This document shows positions 42,841-53,609 of a stretch of 64,000 nt of DNA, in pieces. A program made the translations under genes and the position numbers. Origin of the DNA: Eledone cirrhosa (taxonomy: Eukaryota); NCBI GenBank assembly GCA_964016885.1, contig OZ024745.1:100688001-100752000 (forward strand), given 5' to 3'. The notes under the pieces are model-generated. The model made no database searches. It had not been told where the DNA came from and was given only the letters and a program-made list of their open reading frames with translations. Every line of letters begins with the position of its first letter. Positions within the stretch are counted from its first letter, which is position 1.

Positions 42841-44574
42841 ATAGTGACGGACTACTCTGGTAAATACCATGTCTTACATCATCTTTACTCAGTACTAGTT
42901 GTAGCATCATCAAGGACTAGAATGCACTCCATTCTTAACAATAATGCCTGTTAATCCCCTTCTAGAGTCTATATTTATATTCTCGCTATGGTTTAGCTTC
43001 AAATCATCCTTAACGCTGGAGAACTATGATCAAGGTTGATCTAACCTTGACCACCGACTTTTTGTATACATAGAAATCCATTGTTAACGCTGTCCTTCCT
43101 TCTTTAGGTAAGATAGAAAATATGGTTGCTACTATTTCTAGCAAGTCAAACGTCCGCATAGAAGTTAATTTGCTGGTGCGGTTTTAAAACTTTTGATAAG
43201 TGTAATTGTATTTGAACCGACCACGAAGGCTATATTTCCAAAGTGGTCATGTTTAAGGAGAGGTGGTGTGTGATCTGCTATGACTTTATTTTTATATGAG
43301 CAATGCTTGTGCAATTTTGTTTTGTGCTATTTAAAGGGACAATGCGCGTATATTTCCGAAAGAATGAAAGACAAAATTAACCTAGATTGGATTTGATTTT
43401 AATGCAGAGAGACCTAGAACAAATATTGAAGCATTTAACGTGATGCTCTAATAAACTTAAACACACGCATACCCAAATGAATTCTTCATTGTTGATTTGT
43501 CTTCTTGTTACTGTTTAATCACTGATTTCAAAGAGTGTGGAGTTTACTATCGTCCCCTGACTTGCAACACCAAAAGGTGTCTTTTTGGATTACCGATGGT
43601 GTTTTTTTTTATCTCCTCATGCACGCACGCGCACACACACACACATACACACACACGGGCGCGCGCGCGCACGCGTACACACATTCATACATTTAAACAA
43701 TTCTGGCCACTATAAACTATGCTCGAAAAATTGGCTGATAAAGGCTGGAATTACTTTGATTAAAGGACTGCGTGTTTCCGGGCTAAGCAACAACAAAATA
43801 ATTATTTCAATGCGCTGTTCCTGAGTGGAATAATTCAGAGACCGGGCTCTTTAAATAGAGAATTAACGAGAATTCAGCCGTAAGGCAATAATCAGAATGA
43901 AGAACTAGCAGTATCAAAACTCTAGGATATTTATTTAAGGAGGAGAGTTTAGGAGGGCGTTTCAAGTAGGTTTTGTATAAGAATGATTATGGTGGTTTAA
44001 ACACTGCCGTAAGGTAGAATGTATTCAAGCAATAAAATAACTATTTACATTCAATTTAATGTGAACGCGTTTTGTATATATATGATATACACAGCAATAC
44101 ATTTATACAATAGATTAATCAAGTAAATAATTAAATCCACCGGGTATTATGCCAGTTCTGCTTGGACTCAATCCTAATATCAACACACAAAAATGCACTT
44201 TAGATCACCACAAACTACAGACTGTCTACGGAACAAAACAACAATACCCAAAATAAAAGACATGCACGCATTGTCACTACATGTTAAACCATATTCAGAT
44301 ATCTAGATACATATACGATACACTGAACCAATGCAGTATCATCCTAATTACGACTATCTCTCACACAAACAAAAAAATAATAACGACATCAATAGACTCG
44401 TAAGCTCATAAACACTGCAGGATGCACACAGCCAGGAATGCATGCGGACAAAGTAACTATTCCGTTCTGATCGCCTCTATATCATCCACCACCACTATGC
44501 TCCTGTATGACTAAAAATAATAGTCATACAGGAACAGCCTGGATAGGAAGGAAGGTATAAGTATAAGAAATATA

Positions 44575-44818
44575 TGGCGGCCTACCACGCATATCTGTCG
44601 TTGTACGTAAAAGGTGAAAGGTGAGTAAGATTTGCTGGCCACTGCCATCATGCCACCTATGAGGCTGTGTCTCCATTAGTGCTTTGGAAACCACAAACAG
44701 TCACTAATAACATGTCATCTCCAGAGATTCTGGTACTGAAATCCAGGATTTGGCAACGGCAATGAACGACAGACCCACGTGGAGATCAATTGTTGGGTAG
44801 ATTTCGGCTGAGGCCACC

Positions 44819-44851
<33 letters not shown>
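44575..44851 (+). mobile_element. RTE-clade LINE 3' end with (GAT)n tail
   Basis: RFAGHCHH...E..S.LVLWKP and AMNDRPTWRSIV remnants. Possible TSD ataagtataag. Confidence 0.72.
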
Positions 44852-44852
<1 letters not shown>

Positions 44853-45144
44853 AAGTATAAGTATATCTGGAGCACTGGTAACTGCCAGGCTGGAGTGTCC
44901 TGTGTAATCAATCCCCAATAATACCAGTTGAATACAATGCTTATATTGAAAGATCGATGGTTATTTGAACGAGGTTTGTGGTATAGTGTTGAGAAGTTTT
45001 CATTCATTTGATTTTATGTATGTGATAACGAAGTTTTTACTGTATATTGAACGTTAAATATCTTTCACATATGGTTAGATTTATCGATGTGAGGCTACGA
45101 GTAGCTGATGAACAGAATAGATGTTTGCTCCGCCTTCCATCTGA

Positions 45145-45331
45145 GGTGGATTGGCAGTATCAGTAGAGAGTCGGACACCATGCTTTGAAGCATATAGTTA
45201 CGTCCCTTTATGATCTGAGTTCAAATCCCGTCGAGGTTAACTTTGCCTTTCATCCTTACGGGGTCGATAAAATAAAGTACCAGTAATGTACTGGGTAATT
45301 GCTGGCCTTGTGCCTAAAATAGAAACAATTA
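45145..45331 (+). mobile_element. tRNA-derived SINE, full length
   Basis: A box, B box, core and 3' end. Confidence 0.9.
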
Positions 45332-45584
45332 TATATTGATAAAATTATGAATACTTTAACGTATTCGTATGTTTATCTGTCGATGGAGTAATTACATTGT
45401 TTTCATAGCTTAGGCTTCTGACTGGGAACGTTGTGTCACAATCAGTCCTATGCTTGTGCTCCAAATGAATTTGTTGAGCAGATAGTAAAAAAAAAACGAG
45501 ATTGAAATCCCTGGATATAAATCTAACGTCTTATATATATAATATATAATATATATATATAATATATATATATAATATATATAT

Positions 45585-45654
<70 letters not shown>

Positions 45655-45749
45655 ATATATATAATATATATATATATATATTATATATATATTATATATA
45701 TATATTATATATATATATTATATATATATTATATATATATATTATATAT

Positions 45750-45781
<32 letters not shown>

Positions 45782-46059
45782 ATATTATATATTATATATA
45801 TATATATATATATGTGCGTGAAGGAACACATATCCTATTATTACTATCCTCCTCTAAGTTGAGAAAAAATTTGGTCGTTCCGACTGCTGCTAGTGATAGT
45901 GGCGGCCGATTTGACCTACCTCCCTCTGCCTCTATCTTTACTTCGGCCCTTGAAAAAAAAAATTGATTCCACTTCATTCACTCTCATCTCGGGAACAGTT
46001 TTGGATAGCGCTAGTTCGTAATTTAAATTCAAGAATTTTATATTCTTCGAATGAAAAGA

Positions 46060-46142
46060 ACCTTCTGACGAGAATCTTTCTTTGCAACGAAGGCCGTATG
46101 GTTTCCGTTTATTTTTGGGATTCGAAACCGATCGGTAAAGGT
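46060..46142 (+). ncRNA. Type I hammerhead in a ~400-nt non-coding insert (45814-46212) between TA tracts
   Basis: acctt-CTGACGA-gaatct...ggattc-GAAA-ccgatcgg-TA-aaggt. Confidence 0.87.
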
Positions 46143-46210
46143 AACTATAGTAGGTAAAGTCAATTTTTTAAAATTTATTTTGAAACTTTTTCATTATTTG
46201 CTAAACCTTG

Positions 46211-46291
<81 letters not shown>

Positions 46292-46335
46292 AAAGAGTGA
46301 AGAATAACATGGTCGACAGTACAAAAAGGGTTTTA

Positions 46336-46441
46336 CAGTATCAACAATTGTTTCATTGATTAGGGTGTCTAAAAATTGCTTGAAGTTGTGTCACTCAATT
46401 TTAAATACAATGTATGCCTAATCAAATCATCAGAAAAACTG
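46336..46441 (-). ncRNA. Type I hammerhead in fold-back insert 46290-46786
   Basis: Minus strand: cagttttt-CTGATGA-tttgattagg...cctaatcaat-GAAA-caattg-TT-gatactg. Stem I is imperfect. Confidence 0.7.
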
Positions 46442-46785
46442 ATTGAAATTATACACGGCGTTTGTAATATACTAGGAAAACTCAAATCACAACATCAGTA
46501 ATAAAGAAAGAAAAAGAAAAAAAGAAAAAAGAAAAAGAGACACCTAATCAATGAAACAATTGTTAATACTGTAAATAAAACCCTTTTTGTTCTGTCGACC
46601 ATGTTATTCTTCACTCTTTCACTATTATTACTCCAAGATTAACCTGCATAGGAATTCCCGAGAACTGGTAACCTAACTAAGGAAACCTCTTGTTGAGTCA
46701 AACAACGCCGTACGTTAAAACTATCCACAATACGGAGTATTCACAACCTCTAACTGGATTACCTATAACGATAATTTATTATCTC

Positions 46786-46819
<34 letters not shown>

Positions 46820-47085
46820 ATATATATACATACACACATATATATATATATATATATACCACCTAAGAGTATCATTTTAAATTTGTATTTAAATCTACAT
46901 ATCATTTGCTCTCTATATATGTACAGATTACTATTTTTTATTTTTTTTATTGATATGTCCATGTATATATCATTTACAAATATATTATATACATTCATGT
47001 ATATATTTATTCAGATTCCAGCGCACGTAAGCACACACACACAAACATACACACACGGTTGTATGACAAATCATGACTCTATTAC

Positions 47086-47181
47086 CACAGTTCGGAAATA
47101 AAACAATTTCCTGTTTGAATTTGGAGTCTCCTCTCACGAACGAATGGAGAGTTTTGATTGCAATAATGATAGAAAATAATT
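47086..47181 (-). CDS. Possible isolated 96-nt internal exon of an unidentified host gene
   Basis: Strong pyrimidine tract ttttatcttcttttcttattttttcag, open phase 1-1 frame (LFSIIIAIKTLHSFVRGDSKFKQEIVLFPNC), weak donor tg|gtaata. No recognised homology. Confidence 0.25.
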
Positions 47182-47430
47182 CTGAAAAAATAAGAAAAGA
47201 AGATAAAAACATCCACTGGCTGTATATGTTATGTGACTGGTATCATGCTGTCTTACTCAGTTGCACACTAAAATAGCAGCTTGGTGACTAATTTATAGTT
47301 TGTCGTCGTTACCAGTGGGGATAGGGTCGGGGAAAATAATAGGTTCATAATAGTACAAAAGTTTAAATTTATGAGGAAGAGAAAGGAGGAGAATGATGAT
47401 GATTACAAACACAACAATAATAAGGATGAC

Positions 47431-47465
<35 letters not shown>

Positions 47466-47485
47466 CGGAGACGATGATGAAGATG

Positions 47486-47523
<38 letters not shown>

Positions 47524-47799
47524 GCTGATGATGATAGTAGGATGATGATAGTCGACAATGTTGACAGCTTCAGTTGGGACCAGGGGTGTAGTGGGGATGC
47601 ACTGTTTGGCATTGAACTGTCAAATACATCCGGCAGTGTGAAAGGACGTTGGAAGCTTAAAACGTAATCAGTTGGTGTGGTGTTTTTGCTGGTAAAAGCT
47701 TGTTTTGACTGACTTGCTCTGCTGTCAAATACCACCGTACCCGTGACGGTTTCCATATGGGACATGACTCACATAAAAAAAGGAACTAACCAGGGATAT

Positions 47800-47833
<34 letters not shown>

Positions 47834-47862
47834 AAGAGGGAGGGAGAGAGAGAGAAACACAA

Positions 47863-47893
<31 letters not shown>

Positions 47894-48132
47894 TATTTCT
47901 TTATTAGCCACAGGGGCACAAAAGAAGGGGACAAATACAAAGGGGGAAGTTTACATACAATAAAAACGTGTAAAATGTTATCACAGATGGAATTTAAAAG
48001 TTAGTCGATTTTCCCCAATAGAGGGAGACAGTTTATATGGGTAACACAGACCCCCGAAAAAAATGTGCAACCCTCATCTCCAGGAGTACGAAGAGCTTGT
48101 ACTCCTTTCCTCTCCTCCTCCTTTTCCTCAAC

Positions 48133-51100
48133 CTACAGGCTGATATAGAGAGAAGGCCCATTCACTCGGGCCATTCTCGCCACTTTCACCCACCTTTCAT
48201 AAAACTTGCTGGGGTACAGCACCTCTCTCTCCATCCTGATTCTTCTTCCAAAGTGGTATTTGAAAAAAAGAATCAGTTGTTGGCCGGAGAGAAAGGTGTC
48301 TGACCTCAGCCCTTTCAACCTTGTCCACCATACAACCTCTTTCGCCATAGCTATCACACAAAGGAAAACCGCCTCTCCTTCGTTTTTGAAGGAGGGTGGC
48401 GGTTTGATCATGACAATGGACTCGGTGGTCAACTGGATTGGTCCCACCCGCGACAATAGTCGTTCTACATAGCCCCACAGGTCAGTGACGCCCGGGCAGT
48501 GTATGAATGCGTGCGCGACGGTTTCTTCGTCTCGCACGCACCTCGGACAGATCTTTTTTGCAGGGTCCCTGCCCGGGCGCCCATGTCTGTAGAGCTTGTC
48601 TCGAACTGGTAGAGCTCCTCGGTAGCACTGCCAGGCCAGGGACTTTTGGAAGTTGTCCATCGGTCCCGGGCGGAAGGTCCTACCGAACAGACTGGCCAGT
48701 TCATCTTCCTCCACGCCTAGAGTTTCACCGAGCGCGTCGTCGCACTTGCTGCGGACCAACCCTCTATAGAATGACGAAGTGGAGTCTCCACTGATCGCCG
48801 GGTCCGCCTGCCAGAGGGCTGTGAGCGCCTGAGCACATTCGATGTGCCAGTCGCCCATTTTCCTCGGTCTCTGCTTGACCCAGGACTGCAGCTCGGTCAG
48901 CGAGACGAGTCGTGGGAAGGCTCGCCTCACGAACGGGGCCCACACCGGTTGTCCGGTGAGGAATACGTAGAGATGCCGCAGCCTGAGCGCGTGTTTGCGC
49001 ATCGTCAACCACGGCATCCCCAGCCCTCCGTTAGAAGGGTGTTGGCAGCAGATGGATCTTCTTACCAAAGGAGCCCGCCTCTTCCAAAGGAATCGGAAGA
49101 GGGCGCGCTCCATTTTGGCGAGCGTTTTGGCTGGACAAGGCACGACGGTCAAGCGGTAGTAGATGGCGGACGCTATAAAAGTGTTCGCCACCTCCGCTCG
49201 ACCTTTCAAGGATAGTTTGCACTCGGCCCACTTCTGGGTGAGTGCAAACACCTTGGCCGTCACTTCGTTCCAGTTCTTCTCCACCTGGAGGTCCGGACCA
49301 AACCAGACCCCGAGCAGCTTTACCGGTCCTTCCGTCCAGCGTCCGACGACGCCATCGGAAGGCATCGGTCTGCCTCTCCACGATCCGAGTTGCAAACCGA
49401 TGGACTTGTCCCGGTTCAGCTTCGCTCCTGTGAGACTTTCGTATTCCTTTAGTAAGGTGCCGACTTCCTCGATTTGCGAGGCGCTCGACACCATTACTGT
49501 CACGTCGTCGGCGTAGGCCGACGCCGCTTTCCGCAGTCCCGGTTCCAGAGGGATGCCCTGCAATAGCTCCAGCTTCCGCAGTAGTGGCTCGAGAGTCAGT
49601 ACGTACAGAAGGGAGGAGAGAGGGCATCCCTGTCGAATGGATCGCGTAATATGGAACGGCTCCGAGAGGTAACCGTTCACCTTGACCCTTGAGCAGATGT
49701 TGCTGTTGTGCATTGCAGCAATCCAGCCCCTGAACTCGGGTCCGAAGCCTGCCGCCTCGAGCACCGCATCCAGGTAACGATGGTCAACCCTATCGAAAGC
49801 CTTAGACTGATCCAAGTTGATCAGGGCCCCACCGAAGCCGGGTTTACACCCTACCCTCTCTATGATGTATCGCATGAGGTGGAGGTTGTCGTGTATGGAC
49901 CTGGTCGGGATCGCGCATGTCTGCGCTTCTCCCACCAGGTTCTCGACGACAAGCGCCAGCCTCTTTGCCAACACCTTGGCCAAAATCTGTAACTCTGTGT
50001 TTAGCAGAGTTATGGGCCGGAAGTTGCCTATGTCATCCCCCTTATTCTCGTCCTTCCTGATTAGTGTGACCACGCCCCCGGTTACAGAACTGGGAATTCT
50101 CCCGTTCTGTTGCCAGTTGCAGTAGACCGCTTCCAGGAGACCGGAGAATAAGTCCGGCATTGCTACGTAAAATTCGTAGGGTAGACCGTCGAGACCTGGA
50201 GATTTGCGTTTGCCGCATTGGCTCAGCGCGTCCCCTATCTCAGTGGCTGAAATCGGCTTTTCGCAGAACTTCGCCTCGCTGTCCGAGAGTCGCGGTAGGC
50301 CGTCGAGGTATGGACCGAAATCCATAGCCTCTCCCGGCGCGCCGCTCCCCCCGAACAGCCGAGCAAAGTGCCGCTGAAAAGCCGCACACATCTGCTTCGG
50401 CTCACGTATCACGCGTCCGTTTTGGTCCTTCAAAGACCGAATCGTGGACTTGTTGCCACTTTTTGCCTCCGTCACTCGGGCCCAGCTAACAGCTTTGGCT
50501 CCCTCGTTTCCCAGAGCACGTATTTTGCTTCTGACAACGCAGCCCTCGTGCTTTGCGTCGAAGAACTGGTCCAAGGCCGTTCTCGTTGCTAGCACGCTGG
50601 CTACGTTGCCACTTCTAATTGCCTCTTCTACTTTATCTACCAGTTCCTTCTCGGTTCTATTTCTATCTAACGCTAATTCTTTACTAAAAACTATCGAGTC
50701 TAATCTAACTGCCCTCTTGAGAGAGTACCACCATCTGTTGTTGACAATGGCCCCTGTCAAGTGCTGTTTAACTAAAGTGCTAATCCGTCTACTGTAGGCT
50801 TTGCTTGTCGGTAACGACAAGTTCAGCTTCCAGTAGCCGGGTCCTTGTCTATGGGTTCTATCAAGGTTGGCCATGCAGGTCACTAGTTTGTGATCTGAAT
50901 AGGCAACCATGAACATTTGTGGACAGCTTAACATGTCCCTATCCTTATTTCTAACTAGAACCCTATCTAGGTACGATCTAGATGTTCCGCTACGATTACT
51001 CCACGTCCACAGTGGCGCAGTCGGAAAATCTAGTCGATATCTATCGGCCAGGTCAAATCGGTCGATTAACTGTTTGAGGCTGTTACACCCCCCTTTATCG

Positions 51101-51570
51101 GGACATGCTCCCACATAGTCCCAACGTGCATCTAGGATTCCATTCCAGTCCCCCACTAAAAGCAAGGAGCGGGACGTTCCCAGAAAAGTCTCTAGACGTT
51201 TGAAGAAGTCTGGCCGCGGTGTCCCGGATGGGGCATATGCGGCCACCAGCCTGAACGCTCCACCTTCACTACCGTCAACGTCTAGGACCACCAGTCGACC
51301 CTCCGGGTCCAGATGTACCGTCTGTGTTACGAGGCCCAGGTGTTTCCGCAGCAAAACGGCAACTCCGCCCCCACCCCCCGGTTGACAGAGAGATGCGTAG
51401 ATCTCAAAGTCATCGAAGATGGGGGCCAGCTGTCGCTCGCCGTGGATCCTGGACTCGCAAATGGCTACCACATCCAAACTGTGCGACCTGAGGTCGTTTA
51501 AGAGTTTGCCCTGTTTCCAGGGCATCCCCAGGCCGCGTACATTCACACATCCAACTCTTATATTGGCCAT
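48133..51570 (-). CDS. LINE ORF2: APE endonuclease + reverse transcriptase + C-terminal CCHC zinc-binding domain (1145 aa)
   Basis: NVRG, ICES, GDWN, SYLDR, SDH (APE). KSPGLDG, FRPITLLN, LDQSKAFD, RQGCPLS, YADD (RT). CPRC..ETVAHAFIHC. Confidence 0.96.
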   Translation of the reverse strand: MANIRVGCVNVRGLGMPWKQGKLLNDLRSHSLDVVAICESRIHGERQLAPIFDDFEIYASLCQPGGGGGVAVLLRKHLGLVTQTVHLDPEGRLVVLDVDGSEGGAFRLVAAYAPSGTPRPDFFKRLETFLGTSRSLLLVGDWNGILDARWDYVGACPDKGGCNSLKQLIDRFDLADRYRLDFPTAPLWTWSNRSGTSRSYLDRVLVRNKDRDMLSCPQMFMVAYSDHKLVTCMANLDRTHRQGPGYWKLNLSLPTSKAYSRRISTLVKQHLTGAIVNNRWWYSLKRAVRLDSIVFSKELALDRNRTEKELVDKVEEAIRSGNVASVLATRTALDQFFDAKHEGCVVRSKIRALGNEGAKAVSWARVTEAKSGNKSTIRSLKDQNGRVIREPKQMCAAFQRHFARLFGGSGAPGEAMDFGPYLDGLPRLSDSEAKFCEKPISATEIGDALSQCGKRKSPGLDGLPYEFYVAMPDLFSGLLEAVYCNWQQNGRIPSSVTGGVVTLIRKDENKGDDIGNFRPITLLNTELQILAKVLAKRLALVVENLVGEAQTCAIPTRSIHDNLHLMRYIIERVGCKPGFGGALINLDQSKAFDRVDHRYLDAVLEAAGFGPEFRGWIAAMHNSNICSRVKVNGYLSEPFHITRSIRQGCPLSSLLYVLTLEPLLRKLELLQGIPLEPGLRKAASAYADDVTVMVSSASQIEEVGTLLKEYESLTGAKLNRDKSIGLQLGSWRGRPMPSDGVVGRWTEGPVKLLGVWFGPDLQVEKNWNEVTAKVFALTQKWAECKLSLKGRAEVANTFIASAIYYRLTVVPCPAKTLAKMERALFRFLWKRRAPLVRRSICCQHPSNGGLGMPWLTMRKHALRLRHLYVFLTGQPVWAPFVRRAFPRLVSLTELQSWVKQRPRKMGDWHIECAQALTALWQADPAISGDSTSSFYRGLVRSKCDDALGETLGVEEDELASLFGRTFRPGPMDNFQKSLAWQCYRGALPVRDKLYRHGRPGRDPAKKICPRCVRDEETVAHAFIHCPGVTDLWGYVERLLSRVGPIQLTTESIVMIKPPPSFKNEGEAVFLCVIAMAKEVVWWTRLKGLRSDTFLSGQQLILFFKYHFGRRIRMEREVLYPSKFYERWVKVARMARVNGPSLYISL

Positions 51571-51603
51571 GTTGGTGCTGAAAAGTTAAAAGAGGAAAAG
51601 AGA

Positions 51604-53520
51604 TCACTCACCCTTCGCCTCCTGGGGACCAGGCCGCACGATTTCCATGGGGGTGTTGGAGGGGTTGTCTGGATGGGTGGTGGTTTCCGGTGGGGTGGGG
51701 ACGCAGATGTTTGGTGGGGTGGGGTCTGGTGGGATGGGGGTGTCTGGGGTGGGGAGGCATTTGAGAAGGACGCGGTTGAGTGGTTTCACGCAGGAATTCC
51801 CCACATCCTTCTCAAATGTTTCTTTTAGGGACCTATAAGTTTGTATAGGGACCCTAATCAGTTTTAGGTTCATTTTTTTGCTATTTTTTATAGAGTGGGC
51901 GAAAGTTTTCCCTTCGGTGAAAGCCGAAGGGTCGTTCGTAATGGTCTCCATTAGTGTTTTGTTTTCAGTGTTTATGTAAGTGTAAGTGTAATTTTCTTGT
52001 GTTGTGTTTGTTTTTGTCTGTAGTTCTTGTGTGTGCTTTCGTTTTGTTGTGGGTATTTTGTTTTCAGGAGGTGGGGGTTTTGTTTGTGATATTTTTGTTG
52101 TTTGTGTTGGTGGTTGTATGTTTGTGGTAGTGTTTGCTGGTTTTTTGCTTTTGTGATGTCTTTTCTTTCTTTTCGAGCGATGGGGTTCTCCCTCGTCTTC
52201 ACTGGGTGATGGCGAGATAGCCTCATCTGTTGTATCGTCTGTGTGATTGGGGAGGGGTATGTCTTGGGGAGCTGTTGTGTCTGTATGTGATTTTGCAGTG
52301 GTTTTAGGTGGAGTGAGGTTGGGTGGGACTGTGTTTGTTGTGGTTATTTTTGTGTGTTGGTGTTGTTGTTGTAGTGGTGGTGTTGGTGGTTGTGTTGTTT
52401 TGATGGGTGTTGGCAGAAGAGCCTTTTTTTGGTTCATTAGTTTAGGACAGGAAGCCCTCAGGTGACCCCTGCTAAAGCAATGGTAACATGAAGGCCGCCT
52501 ACCCTCAACTGAAAGGTTTATGTAGGTAAGTCCGTCCAGGAGTACACGCTGTGGGATCATAGCTATTCGCTCTGGGCTCATTTGCACCAGAACTTCAATG
52601 CTAGTCCCATTGAATACATCTCTGGGGGACTTGCCTACTGACAGTATTCTGTCTTCATCAAAATTGATGAAGCCGCACAGTATCCACCATATGTTCACCT
52701 TTGGTGTGACACTTGTGATTCTGATCTTTTGTGTCCTTTTTCCCATGTATGTAGGGAAAAAGGTGTACAGGTTGGATACAATTGGCGACACAGAGTAATT
52801 TTGGGCCGTCAATTGATCCTTCATCAGTACCGAAATACTCCCAAAAAGTTTGCTTCTTTGAATGAATGCAATATCATTCATTGAATCTTTGAAAACCAGT
52901 TCAATATCTTTCTGTGACAATTGGACTGGTTTTCGGGTAGAATTGGATACTGTCCTAAAAACTATCGTTTTGAGAGCAGTTTCCTTGCGAATTTCTACCG
53001 GAGAATTGATGCTGAAAGCACCATTTTTTTCGAAGGTGACATATCTCTTAGCGTCCTTTAAAAGGTGTTCAGCATTTGTTATGTCGAGATATATCAATTG
53101 TTCTTTCTTTTGAACTTTCTCCGCAAAGGAGATTTTTGGTTTCTTTGTGGAATCCGTATTGGTGGTGTTGTCATTATTGTTGTTATTCTTGTTTTTATTC
53201 TTGTTGTCACCGATGTTGGTATCATCCGTATTTTCCTTGGTGTTGTTGTTGTCTTTGATGCTGGTGTTATTGGCGTTGTCTTTATTTTTTTCTTTGTTGT
53301 TGTTATCATTGTTGCTTTTATCATCATTATTGGTTTTGCTGTTATTTTTGTTGTCATTGAGCTGTTTGGTGTCATTTGTGTTGTTTGGATGTGTATTCGT
53401 TTTTTTATTTTCATTTTGTCTTTCCATCTCTATAGTATCTAGTGAAGAAGACGTTGTTGACTGCGAGCTTTGTAGTCTTACCGCCTCTCCACCACCATTA
53501 TCGTTGGACGCAGCGTTCAT
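51604..53520 (-). CDS. LINE ORF1 (gag-like, CCHC zinc knuckle, Asn-rich and Pro/Thr-rich regions, 638 aa)
   Basis: CYHCFSRGHLRASC knuckle. Lies 33 nt upstream of ORF2. Homologues in copies 2 and 3. Confidence 0.9.
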   Translation of the reverse strand: MNAASNDNGGGEAVRLQSSQSTTSSSLDTIEMERQNENKKTNTHPNNTNDTKQLNDNKNNSKTNNDDKSNNDNNNKEKNKDNANNTSIKDNNNTKENTDDTNIGDNKNKNKNNNNNDNTTNTDSTKKPKISFAEKVQKKEQLIYLDITNAEHLLKDAKRYVTFEKNGAFSINSPVEIRKETALKTIVFRTVSNSTRKPVQLSQKDIELVFKDSMNDIAFIQRSKLFGSISVLMKDQLTAQNYSVSPIVSNLYTFFPTYMGKRTQKIRITSVTPKVNIWWILCGFINFDEDRILSVGKSPRDVFNGTSIEVLVQMSPERIAMIPQRVLLDGLTYINLSVEGRRPSCYHCFSRGHLRASCPKLMNQKKALLPTPIKTTQPPTPPLQQQHQHTKITTTNTVPPNLTPPKTTAKSHTDTTAPQDIPLPNHTDDTTDEAISPSPSEDEGEPHRSKRKKRHHKSKKPANTTTNIQPPTQTTKISQTKPPPPENKIPTTKRKHTQELQTKTNTTQENYTYTYINTENKTLMETITNDPSAFTEGKTFAHSIKNSKKMNLKLIRVPIQTYRSLKETFEKDVGNSCVKPLNRVLLKCLPTPDTPIPPDPTPPNICVPTPPETTTHPDNPSNTPMEIVRPGPQEAKGE

Positions 53521-53558
53521 AACGTAATCAAAATTTTACAATATTTTTTCCAAGATTC

Positions 53559-53608
<50 letters not shown>

Positions 53609-53609
<1 letters not shown>

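Larger units (their letters stand above)
47896..53558 (-). mobile_element. L1/Tx1-like LINE, copy 1, both ORFs intact
   Basis: ORF1 and ORF2 open. 3' end gtggctAATAAAgaaa. (GATA)n at both ends (47863-47893, 53559-53608). Confidence 0.95.

Noticed and set aside
45099-45130. gagtag-CTGATGA-aca...tgctc
   Set aside because: No GAAA segment.
47520-47765. 81-aa minus-strand ORF in unique-looking sequence
   Set aside because: No recognisable domain and no convincing splice boundaries. Cannot be supported without transcript data.
51578-51611. 34-nt GT...CAG mini-intron fusing ORF1 to ORF2 in copy 1
   Set aside because: Very short, gives an out-of-frame fusion, and the AG is absent from the spacers of copies 2 and 3.
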